From Candidatus Fermentibacteraceae bacterium (GTDB lineage: Bacteria; Fermentibacterota; Fermentibacteria; Fermentibacterales; JCC-6), in NCBI GenBank assembly GCA_041750285.1, contig JBGSZS010000008.1, positions 87,850-151,849 on the forward strand: 64,000 nt of DNA, in the 5' to 3' direction. Positions within the stretch are counted from its first letter, which is position 1, and every line of letters begins with the position of its first letter. The translations under genes and the position numbers were made by a program. A model generated the notes under the pieces. That model ran no database searches. It saw only the letters and a program-made list of their open reading frames with translations, and was not told the origin of the DNA. Below, piece by piece: positions 9,383 to 19,099 of this stretch.

Positions 9383-9428
9383 TACACCCCCCGGCGACGG
9401 AAAACAAACCAAACGCATTGACCCGTGG

Positions 9429-9457
9429 AGAATAGCGCCCCGGGAACGAATGGTCAA
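9429..9457 (-). promoter_or_regulatory. Sigma70-type promoter TTGACC-N17-TATTCT for the HNH gene
   Basis: -35 at 9452-9457, -10 at 9429-9434. Confidence 0.55.
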
Positions 9458-9469
9458 CGAAGAGGTGAA

Positions 9470-9554
9470 TCACGAAAGTCGTACGAGTTTTGTGGGATTT
9501 CTCACAAAAGTAAACGACTTATGTGAGAAGATCAACATTGCCTGTGTTCACAGG
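9470..9554. promoter_or_regulatory. Tandem imperfect palindromes (putative operator sites)
   Basis: TCACGAAAGTCGTACGAGTTTTGTGG (9470-9495), TTCTCACAAAAGTAAACGACTTATGTGAGAA (9499-9529), CCTGTGTTCACAGG (9541-9554). Confidence 0.45.
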
Positions 9555-9608
9555 AAGGTCTGAAAGCCGTTAAACTCAAAGCGAATAACATCATCCGACT
9601 TGCTGTGT

Positions 9609-10298
9609 CTACGGCAGGTAATCGTCTATCATCGCCTTCCATCCGGTCCCTTCCCTGCTGAAGTGGGCGTAGAAGAACCTCCCGTACATCTCGCCCGACA
9701 TTATGAACTTGGTCTGGCCCTCATTGGCGCTCCGGACTCCTGCGTTCCAGCTCATGGGGTGGGGAACGAAGAAGCCGCCCGAAATTGGGTCTTTCCATCC
9801 GGTTGACGGGAACTGGGGAAAGGGGCACGGGAGAGATCCTGCCGTTGTTTGCACGGGGGCCTGTTTCTTCGGTGGTTCAGGCTTGACAGCCTCCTGCGGC
9901 GCCGGCTTCCTTTTCGCATCCATTGCGCCGATGGCGAAAGGGATGACGGCAATGAGGCAAAGCGCCCCCAGGGCGACAAGCACGCCCCTGCATCCCGTCG
10001 TCATTCCCGAAAGCAGTGCCACCGTGATAAGAACAAGGCCAAGAATCGCCATGCAGCCGGCAGTCCTGGCATTGTCCTGCGGTGTGGGCTCCTTGTGAAC
10101 CTGCGGAGCTTTCCGGCCCGTGTAAACGTTCCTGCCGCACTTCGGGCAGATGTCGTTTGCGAACTCGGAGGAGGCGCCGTTGTATCCGCAGTTGCGGCAG
10201 CGAACACCGCTGAAGGCAACACCGCAGTGCGGGCACCGTGAATCGGAACGGCCGGTGGGTTTTCCGCACCTTCCGCAGGTATACAGGGCTTGGTTCAT
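9609..10298 (-). CDS. Double zinc-ribbon membrane protein
   Basis: Four CxxCG motifs, two hydrophobic helices, Pro/Lys-rich linker; GGAGG RBS. Confidence 0.7.
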   Translation of the reverse strand: MNQALYTCGRCGKPTGRSDSRCPHCGVAFSGVRCRNCGYNGASSEFANDICPKCGRNVYTGRKAPQVHKEPTPQDNARTAGCMAILGLVLITVALLSGMTTGCRGVLVALGALCLIAVIPFAIGAMDAKRKPAPQEAVKPEPPKKQAPVQTTAGSLPCPFPQFPSTGWKDPISGGFFVPHPMSWNAGVRSANEGQTKFIMSGEMYGRFFYAHFSREGTGWKAMIDDYLP

Positions 10299-10474
10299 CT
10301 AGGGCCGCCTCCCTGCATGTCAATGGGTTGCCCCCGTTTCACAGGCTCCTATTCTAAAAGAGAATCCAGCTTGAAGTAACCCTGCACTCCATGGCACCAC
10401 CCTCCCCATCCATTGCTCCGAAGTGGTAGATTCAGGATATTGAATCTCTTTCCTTTTCCATGGAGGGTCTGGCA

Positions 10475-11830
10475 ATGGTTCAGCGCACCGGTATAGACAA
10501 GGTACTCTCCGGTGGATTCACCGGAACGGCAGTCACGGTTTACGGATGGGTCAGGACTTCCCGCTCGGGGAAGAACGTGGCCTTTGCCGCGCTGAATGAC
10601 GGTTCCTCCGTTCAGAACCTCCAGGCCGTGTTCGACCGTGAGGTGTTCGATGACGAGGCCCTTGCGGGGCTTCAGGCGGGGGCGTGCGTTCGCGTCACGG
10701 GAACCGTCGTCGAAAGCTCCGGCGAACAGGCTGTTGAGCTTGCGGCTTCATCCCTTGAAGTGGTTGGTCCTGTGGATGCCGAGTACCCCCTTCAGAAAAA
10801 AAGGCACGGTCTCGACTTCCTTCGCACCATGCCCCACCTCCGCTCCCGGACCAACACCTTCGGCGCGGTCTTCAGGATGAGCCATCACCTGTCCCTGGCC
10901 ATCCACAGGTTCTTCGACACCGAGGGCTTCTACCACGTACACACCCCCATCATCACCGAAAGCGACTGCGAGGGCGCGGGAGAGACCTTTCGTGTCACCA
11001 CTCTTCCCGCTGGTTCCGCCGATTTCGATCAGGACTACTTCCGGCGCAGGGCATTCCTCTCCGTCAGCGGCCAGCTCGAAGCCGAACCGTTCGCCCTGTC
11101 GCTCGGGAAGGTCTACACATTCGGCCCCACGTTCAGGGCCGACCCTTCCGACACCAGGACCCACGTGGCAGAGTTCTGGATGATAGAACCCGAGATGGCT
11201 TTCCACGACCTCGACGACAACATCTCGCTCATCGAGAGGTTCGTGAAGTTCTGCGCAGCGTACCTTCGTGAGAAGTGCTCCTCCGACATCGCCTTTTTCT
11301 CCGAGCACTACGAGAAGGGGCTTGCGGACCGTTACAAAACGCTGGAGGAGGGTTTTGCACGGGTCAGCTACACCGAGGCCATCAGCATTCTGGGCGCGAC
11401 CTCCGGTGTTTTCTCCTCCGTTCCCGCGTGGGGAGACGATCTGGCAACCGAGCACGAGCGCTACCTGGCGGAGAAACACTTCGGCCGCCCGGTGTTCGTG
11501 ACAGATTACCCCGCTTCCATGAAGCCCTTCTACATGTTCATGAACCCCGACGGCAAGACAGTGGCGGCATGCGACCTGCTGGTTCCCGGGGTGGGAGAGA
11601 TAGTCGGGGGAAGCCAGAGGGAACACCGGCTTCCCGTCCTTACCGACAGGGCAGTTGCCCAGGGGCTGGATCTTTCGGTTTACGCCTGGTACCTCGAGCT
11701 TCGCAGGTGGGGTTCCGCCCCCCATGCCGGCTTTGGTCTTGGATTTGAACGGCTGTTGATGTATCTGACGGGAATGGACAACATACGCGACGTCATCCCC
11801 TTCCCGCGCACATTCGGAAAAATGTACTAG
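10475..11830 (+). CDS. asnS: Asparagine--tRNA ligase
   Basis: GWVRT, NDGS, YPLQKKRH, HLRSRTN, SDCEGAGE, VSGQLEAE, TFGPTFRA, EFWMIEPE, GEIVGGSQRE, GFGLGFER. Confidence 0.96.
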   Translation: MVQRTGIDKVLSGGFTGTAVTVYGWVRTSRSGKNVAFAALNDGSSVQNLQAVFDREVFDDEALAGLQAGACVRVTGTVVESSGEQAVELAASSLEVVGPVDAEYPLQKKRHGLDFLRTMPHLRSRTNTFGAVFRMSHHLSLAIHRFFDTEGFYHVHTPIITESDCEGAGETFRVTTLPAGSADFDQDYFRRRAFLSVSGQLEAEPFALSLGKVYTFGPTFRADPSDTRTHVAEFWMIEPEMAFHDLDDNISLIERFVKFCAAYLREKCSSDIAFFSEHYEKGLADRYKTLEEGFARVSYTEAISILGATSGVFSSVPAWGDDLATEHERYLAEKHFGRPVFVTDYPASMKPFYMFMNPDGKTVAACDLLVPGVGEIVGGSQREHRLPVLTDRAVAQGLDLSVYAWYLELRRWGSAPHAGFGLGFERLLMYLTGMDNIRDVIPFPRTFGKMY

Positions 11831-11845
11831 AAGGCTGGTGTTCCG

Positions 11846-14800
11846 GTGAGTGAAAGCATCCTTACGATTGACGGCAATGAAGCTGCTGCCCATGTGGCCC
11901 ATAAACTGAGCGAAGTCATTGCCATCTACCCCATCACCCCCTCCTCGAACATGGGTGAGCACGCCGACGAATGGTCAGCGGCGGGAAGGAAGAACATCTG
12001 GGGAACCGTTCCCCTGGTGCAGGAGATGCAGAGCGAGGGCGGCGCGGCCGCTTCGGTTCACGGCGCCCTTCAGACAGGCGCCCTCACAACCACATTCACC
12101 GCAAGCCAGGGGCTCCTTCTGATGATCCCCACGATGCACAAGCTCGCGGGTGAACTGACCGCCACCGTCTTCCACGTCTCCGCGAGAAGCCTTGCGTGTC
12201 AGGCACTCTCGATCTTCGGCGACCACAGCGACGTGATGTCGGTCCGCAACACCGGGTTCGCCCTTCTTTCCAGCGCGAGCGTCCAGGAGGTTCCCGACCT
12301 TGCCGCAATCGCGCATGCCGCAACCCTGAGCAGCAGGATACCGTTCATCCACTTCTTCGACGGGTTCAGGACCAGCCACGAGGTCCAGAAGATAAGCATG
12401 CCCGGAGACGACGTTCTCCGCGGAATGATCGACGACGAGCTGGTCCTTGCGCACCGCCACCGGGGAATGAACCCCAACCGCCCTGTTCTCCGCGGCACCA
12501 GCCAGAACCCCGACGTCTACTTCCAGGGCCGCGAGACCGTGAACTCGTACCATGCGGCAACCCCCGGCATCGTCCAGGAATACATGGACATCTACGCGGG
12601 CCTGACGGGCCGCCAGTACCACCTGTTCGACTACGTTGGCGCCCCCGATGCCGAAAGCATCGTTATCCTCATGGGCTCCGGCTGCGAGACCGCCCACGAG
12701 ACGGTTGAATGCATGCTTGCCGAGGGCGAAAAGGTCGGTGTCCTGAAAGTCCGCCTCTATCGGCCTTTCGACGCCAGCGCCCTTCTCGCCGCCATTCCCC
12801 TGAGCGCGAAGGTCCTCACGGTGCTCGACCGCACAAAGGAGCCAGGCAGCGAGGGCGAACCGCTTTACAAAGACGTCGCCACGGCACTCAAGGAATCGGG
12901 CCGTTGCGGCGTGAAGGTCCTGGGAGGGCGTTACGGTCTTTCCAGCAAGGAGTTCACACCAGCCATGGTGAAGGCGGTGTTCGACAATGCCGCCGGGCCG
13001 AAAAAGCACGGGTTCACCGTGGGCATCACCGACGACCTGACCGACACCAGCATCCCGGTGCCCGACTACTGCATGCCCTCGCAGGGAATGCACCAGGCCG
13101 TTTTCTTCGGTCTGGGCGCCGACGGGACCGTCGGGGCCAACAAGAACAGCATCAAGATCATCGGCGAGACCACCGACTTCTTCGCCCAAGGCTACTTCGT
13201 CTACGACTCCAAGAAGGCCGGGGCAATAACCGTAAGCCACCTCAGGTTCGGCCCCAGGCCGATCCGTCAGACCTGCCTCATCGGCAGGGCCGACTTCGTG
13301 GCATGCCACCAGACCGTGTTCATGGAGAAGTACGACATCCTCCGCTACGCGGCAAAGGGCGCCACCTTCCTCCTGAACACACCGTACGGCAAAGACGAGG
13401 CATGGGACAGCCTTCCCCGCGAGGCACAGAAGGACATCATCGAAAAGGGGCTGAAGTTCTACGTCATCGACGGGTACAAGGTTGCGCAGGAAACGGGCAT
13501 GGGCGTGATGATCAACACCATCATGCAGACCTGCTTCTTCGCCATCAGCGGCGTCATCCCCAGGGACGAGGCCATCGACAAGATCAAGAGCGCCATCAGG
13601 AAGACCTACGGCCGCAAGGGCGAGAAGATCGTGGAGAAGAACTACGCCGCGGTCGACCACAGCCTTGCCAACCTCTTCGAGGTGAAGTACCCCTCCAGGG
13701 TCACAAGCAGCTTCAACCGTCCTCCGTCGGTTCCAGCCCACGCGCCTGACTTCGTTCAGAGGGTGACCGCCGAGATCATCGCCCAGAGGGGTGACAACCT
13801 CCCTGTCAGCGCCATCCCCGCCGACGGCACATGGCCCACGGGAACCACCCAGTACGAAAAGAGGAACATCGCGCTCGCGATCCCGGTCTGGGACCCCGCG
13901 GTGTGCCTCCAGTGCGGTGTCTGCAGCCTCGTCTGCCCCCACGCCGCCATACGCATCAAGCATTACGATGCGTCGTGCATGAAGGGCGCCCCGGCAACCT
14001 TCAAGAGCATCGACGGCAAGGGCAGGTTCCAGGGCAGCATGTACACCGTTCAGGTCGCCCCGGAAGACTGCACGGGCTGCGGCGCTTGCGTCGAGGCCTG
14101 CCCCGGCCGCAACAAGGCCGTCGAGGGCAGGAAAGCCATCAACATGGAGCCCCAGATCCCCCTTCGCGTACCCGAGGCCGAGAACTACTCGTTCTTCCTC
14201 GACATTCCCGACTACGACCGCTCGAAGATCGATGTCGCCTCGGTCAAGGGAAGCCAGCTTCTCAGGCCGCTGTTCGAGTACTCGGGCGCGTGCGCCGGCT
14301 GCGGAGAGACCCCCTACGTGAAGCTTCTCACCCAGCTCTTCGGTGACAGGGCGGTCATCGCCAACGCCACGGGCTGCAGCAGCATCTACGGCGGCAACCT
14401 TCCCACGACCCCCTACTGCAAGAATAACGACGGTCGCGGTCCTGCATGGAACAACAGCCTCTTCGAGGACGCGGCTGAGTTCGGCTTCGGGTTCAGGCTC
14501 ACCGCCGACAAACACACATCCTTCGCCGTCGAGCTTCTTAACGGGTTCAAGGATCAACTCGACCCATCCCTTGTAACAGGCCTTCTCGACTGCGCACAGG
14601 TCTCCGAAGAGGAGATCGAAGCTCAACGGAAGAGGGTAGATTCCCTCAGAAAGGCGCTGGGCGGGATCGACACACCCGAGGCCCGTCAGCTCGAGAGCCT
14701 TTCGGACTACTTCGTGAAGCGCAGCGTCTGGATCCTGGGTGGCGACGGCTGGGCCTACGACATCGGATACGGCGGCCTCGACCACGTTCTTGCCCAGGGC

Positions 14801-15379
14801 AGGAACGTCAACGCCCTGGTTCTCGACACCGGCGTCTACTCCAACACCGGCGGCCAGTGCTCCAAAGCCACACCAATGGGTGCGGTCGCCAAGTTCGCGG
14901 CCAGCGGCAAACCGATGCCCCGCAAAGACCTTGCCATGATCAGCATGACCTACGGCAACATCTACGTGGCCCAGATAGCCATGGGCGCGAACTACGGCCA
15001 GGCCGTGAAGGCGTTCGTCGAGGCCGAAAGCTACGACGGCCCCTCCATAATCATCGCCTACAGTCACTGCATAGCCCACGGCATCAACATGACGAAGGGC
15101 ATGGACGAACAGAAGCTCGCGGTCAAGACCGGCCTCTGGCCTCTCTTCCGCTTCGACCCCAGGCTCATCGGGAAGGGGCAGTCACCGCTTCAGCTCGACT
15201 CGAAGAAGCCCGACACCCCATTCGCCGAGCTTGCAAAGAGCGAGGTCCGCTGGAAGGTCCTTCTCGACAAGGACCCGCAGCGGGGAGAGATGCTCGTGAA
15301 GCAGGCCCAGACCGAGATCAACCGCAGGTTCCACCTGTATGAACAGATGGCCGCGATGAACTGGAACGCCGGGGAGTAG
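11846..15379 (+). CDS. nifJ: Pyruvate:ferredoxin (flavodoxin) oxidoreductase, homodimeric
   Basis: DGNEAAA, IYPITPSS, MQSEGGAA, two CxxCxxCxxxCP, FEYSGACAGCGETPY, GGDGWAYDIG, YSNTGGQ. Confidence 0.97.
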   Translation: MSESILTIDGNEAAAHVAHKLSEVIAIYPITPSSNMGEHADEWSAAGRKNIWGTVPLVQEMQSEGGAAASVHGALQTGALTTTFTASQGLLLMIPTMHKLAGELTATVFHVSARSLACQALSIFGDHSDVMSVRNTGFALLSSASVQEVPDLAAIAHAATLSSRIPFIHFFDGFRTSHEVQKISMPGDDVLRGMIDDELVLAHRHRGMNPNRPVLRGTSQNPDVYFQGRETVNSYHAATPGIVQEYMDIYAGLTGRQYHLFDYVGAPDAESIVILMGSGCETAHETVECMLAEGEKVGVLKVRLYRPFDASALLAAIPLSAKVLTVLDRTKEPGSEGEPLYKDVATALKESGRCGVKVLGGRYGLSSKEFTPAMVKAVFDNAAGPKKHGFTVGITDDLTDTSIPVPDYCMPSQGMHQAVFFGLGADGTVGANKNSIKIIGETTDFFAQGYFVYDSKKAGAITVSHLRFGPRPIRQTCLIGRADFVACHQTVFMEKYDILRYAAKGATFLLNTPYGKDEAWDSLPREAQKDIIEKGLKFYVIDGYKVAQETGMGVMINTIMQTCFFAISGVIPRDEAIDKIKSAIRKTYGRKGEKIVEKNYAAVDHSLANLFEVKYPSRVTSSFNRPPSVPAHAPDFVQRVTAEIIAQRGDNLPVSAIPADGTWPTGTTQYEKRNIALAIPVWDPAVCLQCGVCSLVCPHAAIRIKHYDASCMKGAPATFKSIDGKGRFQGSMYTVQVAPEDCTGCGACVEACPGRNKAVEGRKAINMEPQIPLRVPEAENYSFFLDIPDYDRSKIDVASVKGSQLLRPLFEYSGACAGCGETPYVKLLTQLFGDRAVIANATGCSSIYGGNLPTTPYCKNNDGRGPAWNNSLFEDAAEFGFGFRLTADKHTSFAVELLNGFKDQLDPSLVTGLLDCAQVSEEEIEAQRKRVDSLRKALGGIDTPEARQLESLSDYFVKRSVWILGGDGWAYDIGYGGLDHVLAQGRNVNALVLDTGVYSNTGGQCSKATPMGAVAKFAASGKPMPRKDLAMISMTYGNIYVAQIAMGANYGQAVKAFVEAESYDGPSIIIAYSHCIAHGINMTKGMDEQKLAVKTGLWPLFRFDPRLIGKGQSPLQLDSKKPDTPFAELAKSEVRWKVLLDKDPQRGEMLVKQAQTEINRRFHLYEQMAAMNWNAGE

Positions 15380-15394
15380 TCCGGCATGTCACGT

Positions 15395-15422
15395 GGGGGG
15401 GCATCGGCCCCCCCTTTTTTTT
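15395..15422 (+). terminator. Rho-independent terminator after PFOR
   Basis: GGGGGGGC-ATCG-GCCCCCCC followed by T8. Confidence 0.85.
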
Positions 15423-15624
15423 GGCCCTGTCTGAATGGATTGGTGCACAGGTTCAGGGCAGGTTCAGCACCCTCTCGGAAGCGATCCCCCTGCTACGGTC
15501 ACAGGGCTTCGCATCCGGGATGCGTTTTTGCATTTCAAATGCAGATCTGCACAACACGGGTTCACTGCGCGGCAATATCGGAAGTCTTCGCACGCGAGTT
15601 CTGAAGAAGGAAGGTCTTCTCCCC

Positions 15625-16713
15625 TCAGACCACCGCCTTGTCTGCCTCGTCCGAGAGCTCGCACCCGAATCTCTCAATGAGATGGGCGTCCAGACGGTCC
15701 GCCACGGCGCTCAGTTCAACTACCCTTTCACTGACGCTCTCCGCGTGTACCGAATTGATGTCCGAGAGGTGCGCCCGGTATGAGAGGTAGACTATTCCGT
15801 CGTGCACACCGAGCACGTAGGGCTGAACGGGATCGCTCAGAAGGTAGGTGTAGAGTGCGGTGAGGTTCTCGGTGGGAAGCTTGACAAGCGGACATGTGAC
15901 GGTCAGGTAGTTGGTCCTGTAGACGAAGATCCTAATTAGAGCGCTGCCCCTGTGAAACTCCCAGAACTCGTACCCGTTCCTGGCGAGGACCGGGTCTAAC
16001 CCCATCCTTTCGATAGCGTTCTCGGCAAAGACCGACAGGTCGCTCAGGGGAGTCCTTCCAAACAGCTTCTTCGCTTCAAGACCGACCCCGCAGTTCTCGC
16101 AGTATTCATCCTCCTGCTCGAGCAGAGCGCTGCAGGAGGGGCATCTCACCGAGTAAGCCGCGGGCTGCCTTTTCTCCAGAAGACCGAGTTCCCGGCCTAT
16201 CATGTCGGCGGGAAGCGAGAAACCCATGTTCTCGGCTTCGTTAAGCTTGCAGGTGGTGATGCCGATGACCCTTCCGTCGGGAAGGACCATCGGCCCTCCG
16301 CTGTTTCCGGGATTGATGGCCGCGTCGGTCTGGATGTAGTACTGCCCGTTCACGAGCTGCTTCACGCTGCTTACTATTCCCTCGGTCACGTTGAACGGGT
16401 AGCCGAAGGGGTAGCCCAGGACAAGCACCCTGTCCATCACCTTCAGCTCCTCAACGTTGGAGAAACTCAACTCGGGTGCTTCGATTGCCCGGGAGGGTCT
16501 GAGGAAGGCAAGGTCGTACTTGGGGGAAACCAGTACGACATCGGCTTTCATGGCACGGTTGAATGAGTTCTCCACAGCCACCTCGCGCTCACCGTCGACG
16601 ACATGGTGATTGGTGATGATCAGGTTGTGCTTCTTCGAGAAGAACCCGGAACCGCTCCCCCTGGAGGTCTTGATCTTGAACACGAGCTGGAATACCTGAT
16701 TAAGGTCTGTCAT
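15625..16713 (-). CDS. Trypsin-like serine protease with zinc ribbon and YbjN/chaperone-like C-terminal domain
   Basis: GSGSGFF, ITNHHVV, YDLAFL, QTDAAINPGNSGGP; CPSC..CENCG; no signal peptide and no PDZ domain. Confidence 0.8.
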   Translation of the reverse strand: MTDLNQVFQLVFKIKTSRGSGSGFFSKKHNLIITNHHVVDGEREVAVENSFNRAMKADVVLVSPKYDLAFLRPSRAIEAPELSFSNVEELKVMDRVLVLGYPFGYPFNVTEGIVSSVKQLVNGQYYIQTDAAINPGNSGGPMVLPDGRVIGITTCKLNEAENMGFSLPADMIGRELGLLEKRQPAAYSVRCPSCSALLEQEDEYCENCGVGLEAKKLFGRTPLSDLSVFAENAIERMGLDPVLARNGYEFWEFHRGSALIRIFVYRTNYLTVTCPLVKLPTENLTALYTYLLSDPVQPYVLGVHDGIVYLSYRAHLSDINSVHAESVSERVVELSAVADRLDAHLIERFGCELSDEADKAVV

Positions 16714-16716
16714 TGT

Positions 16717-17832
16717 TCACTCCGATGGCTGCTGGAGTTGCATAACACTCGTAACTGCCTTGTAAAGCTCCTGTGCGGCTGTCTGCCAGTCCCTGCCGGA
16801 CGCCGCACGCAGGCCGGTGTTCAGCATCTCCTCCAGTGTCCGGGGGATGCGGAACCTGTTGTAGACGCTGTAGATGTCGTAGAGCAGAAAGATCGCCGCG
16901 CTCATGAAGGCTGATGAGGATATGTCCTTCTCCGCGTTCATCCAGTAGTTCTCAAGCTCGGTCTTGATCCCGGGAAGGAAGGCGTGCTTCCTCACGGCAA
17001 TGATGCTTTCGGTTTTATAGATCGATTCGGCGAACTTCCCGAGCGTAATCGTGCAAAGCTTCTCGAAGAAGGTACACTGGCAGTCGAGCCTCTCCGCTGC
17101 CGGGTTCTTCCCGTACGAGGCTCCGATGGCGTTCCCGATCTCGTAGCTCAGGTGGCCTTTGGGGGAGAAGATGTAGTTGATCTTCATCAGAGAGATCAGC
17201 CCCGACTCCACACCCATGTCATACCACCTGTTGTCCCTGAAGTAACGCAGGTACTCAAGCCCTTCATTCACATGCCTGAGGAACCCCGCATGGAACCCCT
17301 GCAGTTCCACTTCGGAGTACTTCTCCACCCTGGGCGTGCAGATCCTTTGGGCCTGGAACTTCTCGATGAAGACATCGTCGTAATGGTCGGCATTCATGCA
17401 GATCTCCCAGAAGATGTCGTAAAGCCTGTACGGCTCGCACAGCTCGAGGGGAAACTCTGCCTTGAAGAAGAGCTTCCCGTCCTCGAGAACTATCCGGCTC
17501 AGGAAAAGGACGGAGAAGTTTATCTCGGTGATCTGCCTGAGAAGGGCGTTGACCCTCTTTTCAGGGATGCTCAGGAATGGTGCGTTGATCCTCACCGTGG
17601 AATCGATGGAGATGTTTATGATGGTCGATCCGTGGGGAATGGAAAACTCGGTGCGTTCGGCGTTGCCGCACATGCTCACGACTGCGGGATCGAGGTAGTG
17701 AAGGAAGTTGATGATCGTATCCCTGTAGTTCCGGTCCCTGAATGAATCCAGAACGGTCTGCCACCTGTTAGTGAAATCCGTCAACCCAACAAGACCCTCT
17801 ATCGGCTCATCAAAAAGATGCGATGTTTTCAT
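16717..17832 (-). CDS. Hypothetical protein with YbjN/T3SS-chaperone-like N-terminal domain
   Basis: PHGSTIINI...APFLSIP...ALLRQITEINF resembles the protease C-terminal segment; 3-nt gap to the protease gene; GGAGG RBS. Confidence 0.6.
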   Translation of the reverse strand: MKTSHLFDEPIEGLVGLTDFTNRWQTVLDSFRDRNYRDTIINFLHYLDPAVVSMCGNAERTEFSIPHGSTIINISIDSTVRINAPFLSIPEKRVNALLRQITEINFSVLFLSRIVLEDGKLFFKAEFPLELCEPYRLYDIFWEICMNADHYDDVFIEKFQAQRICTPRVEKYSEVELQGFHAGFLRHVNEGLEYLRYFRDNRWYDMGVESGLISLMKINYIFSPKGHLSYEIGNAIGASYGKNPAAERLDCQCTFFEKLCTITLGKFAESIYKTESIIAVRKHAFLPGIKTELENYWMNAEKDISSSAFMSAAIFLLYDIYSVYNRFRIPRTLEEMLNTGLRAASGRDWQTAAQELYKAVTSVMQLQQPSE

Positions 17833-17901
17833 GATGCCTCCTTATTGAATACCACCGGAAACGGTGTGGTTTGCTGCCCATCTGCATTCGCCCCGGAAAG
17901 A

Positions 17902-18966
17902 TCACGGGTTCTGCCGCAGCGACCAGACCTCTCCGACTCCCTCTTCCACTCGTGCCGCGAAAAAGCCGGATTCACAGTCTCCGGCAACAAGGATGAATCC
18001 CTCGCCCGAATCGATTGCCGCTGGGACGAATGCAGTCTCAAACCTGTGATGCCAGGTAACCGTTCCAGTCATGCCGGTGGTGCATACCCACGGAGTGTCT
18101 TCGCCTCCCGCAGCAATGAATCCGCCATCCACCCGCTCCAGAAGCCCGGCGCCGGAAAGGGGGTCGAGCGAGAACCACCCGGATTCAATGGAACCCCGGT
18201 CAGACATAATGACGACGAGTTCGTCGAGGGATTCAGGGACAGGTGTGTCGGACCAGAGCGAAACGATGCCCTCGTCCGAAGCGCCGGCCGTCATTGGTGC
18301 GCAACCGCCAAGGTTCTCGATCACCCCGGTGCTGACGTATTCACACGGATCCCCGTTGGAATCCAGGGTAACCGTCACCCAGTCACCGGACGCGGCGACG
18401 GTCGCGGCCGCCACGAAGCATCCGTCATCACCGGCCCTGCAAAAAGCCGTGTAGAATGGGTGAGCCGTGGGCAGGGCAAAGGTTTTCCATACCTGCCCAC
18501 CCTCCCTGTTCACACGGACAACCCACAGTCCCCGGTCGGTGGCTGACCAGGAGTCCCACATCATGAGCACCCCTCCGTCACCCGTATTCAGAAGCCCCTG
18601 GGGAGTATCGTAGCACATCCCGTCTTCGCACAGCTCCCATTCAACAGAGCCATCTGGGCCGTACGCCCGAAGGGATACGGCGGTGTATCCCTCTCCGGTG
18701 GATGTCGCCGTAAAGCATCCGCCGTCCTCCCTGTGAAGAAGGCGGCAGTGCGCTGCATCGGACCTGACGGTTCCAAGGGTGTCGGCGAGCACTGCCACAC
18801 CATCCACGATAAGGAAAAGACACGTCGTTGATATCTCTTCAAGTTCCGTGACGTTCTGAACCGAAAGCCAGGCTCCGCTGCCCGAAGCCGGGCAGATGTC
18901 GAGGACACGCCCCATCGCCGCTCCCGCGGCAAGCATGAGTAATGCAGGGTATAGCGATCTGTTCAA
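17902..18966 (-). CDS. Secreted hypothetical protein (beta-propeller-like)
   Basis: TTG start with GGAGG RBS, signal peptide, repeated DGG/GxVxW units. Confidence 0.65.
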   Translation of the reverse strand: MNRSLYPALLMLAAGAAMGRVLDICPASGSGAWLSVQNVTELEEISTTCLFLIVDGVAVLADTLGTVRSDAAHCRLLHREDGGCFTATSTGEGYTAVSLRAYGPDGSVEWELCEDGMCYDTPQGLLNTGDGGVLMMWDSWSATDRGLWVVRVNREGGQVWKTFALPTAHPFYTAFCRAGDDGCFVAAATVAASGDWVTVTLDSNGDPCEYVSTGVIENLGGCAPMTAGASDEGIVSLWSDTPVPESLDELVVIMSDRGSIESGWFSLDPLSGAGLLERVDGGFIAAGGEDTPWVCTTGMTGTVTWHHRFETAFVPAAIDSGEGFILVAGDCESGFFAARVEEGVGEVWSLRQNP

Positions 18967-19099
18967 GTTACGGCCTCCACCGGCTATATTACAGCCTTCC
19001 CGCTGTGTTGCATCAAATGCCTGGTCTGCCCGGAACCCCCTATCATCGGTTGTCCGACCGGGGAAAGAAAGAGACGGCTGAATTGAAACGCATGTCGCG

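Noticed and set aside
11975..15079. 1034-aa antisense ORF opposite PFOR (also long antisense ORFs over asnS, radical SAM and cyclase genes)
   Set aside because: Shadow ORFs caused by strong GC3 codon bias; no recognisable motifs, and the sense genes are unambiguous.
15371..15390. GGGGAGTAG resembling the start of a yybP-ykoY (Mn) riboswitch
   Set aside because: It is the last codons and stop of PFOR, followed by an ordinary terminator.
15510..15543. Two adjacent 15-bp palindromes (CGCATCC-G-GGATGCG, TGCATTT-C-AAATGCA)
   Set aside because: They lie between convergent genes, are not repeated elsewhere as far as I can see, and cannot be assigned a function.
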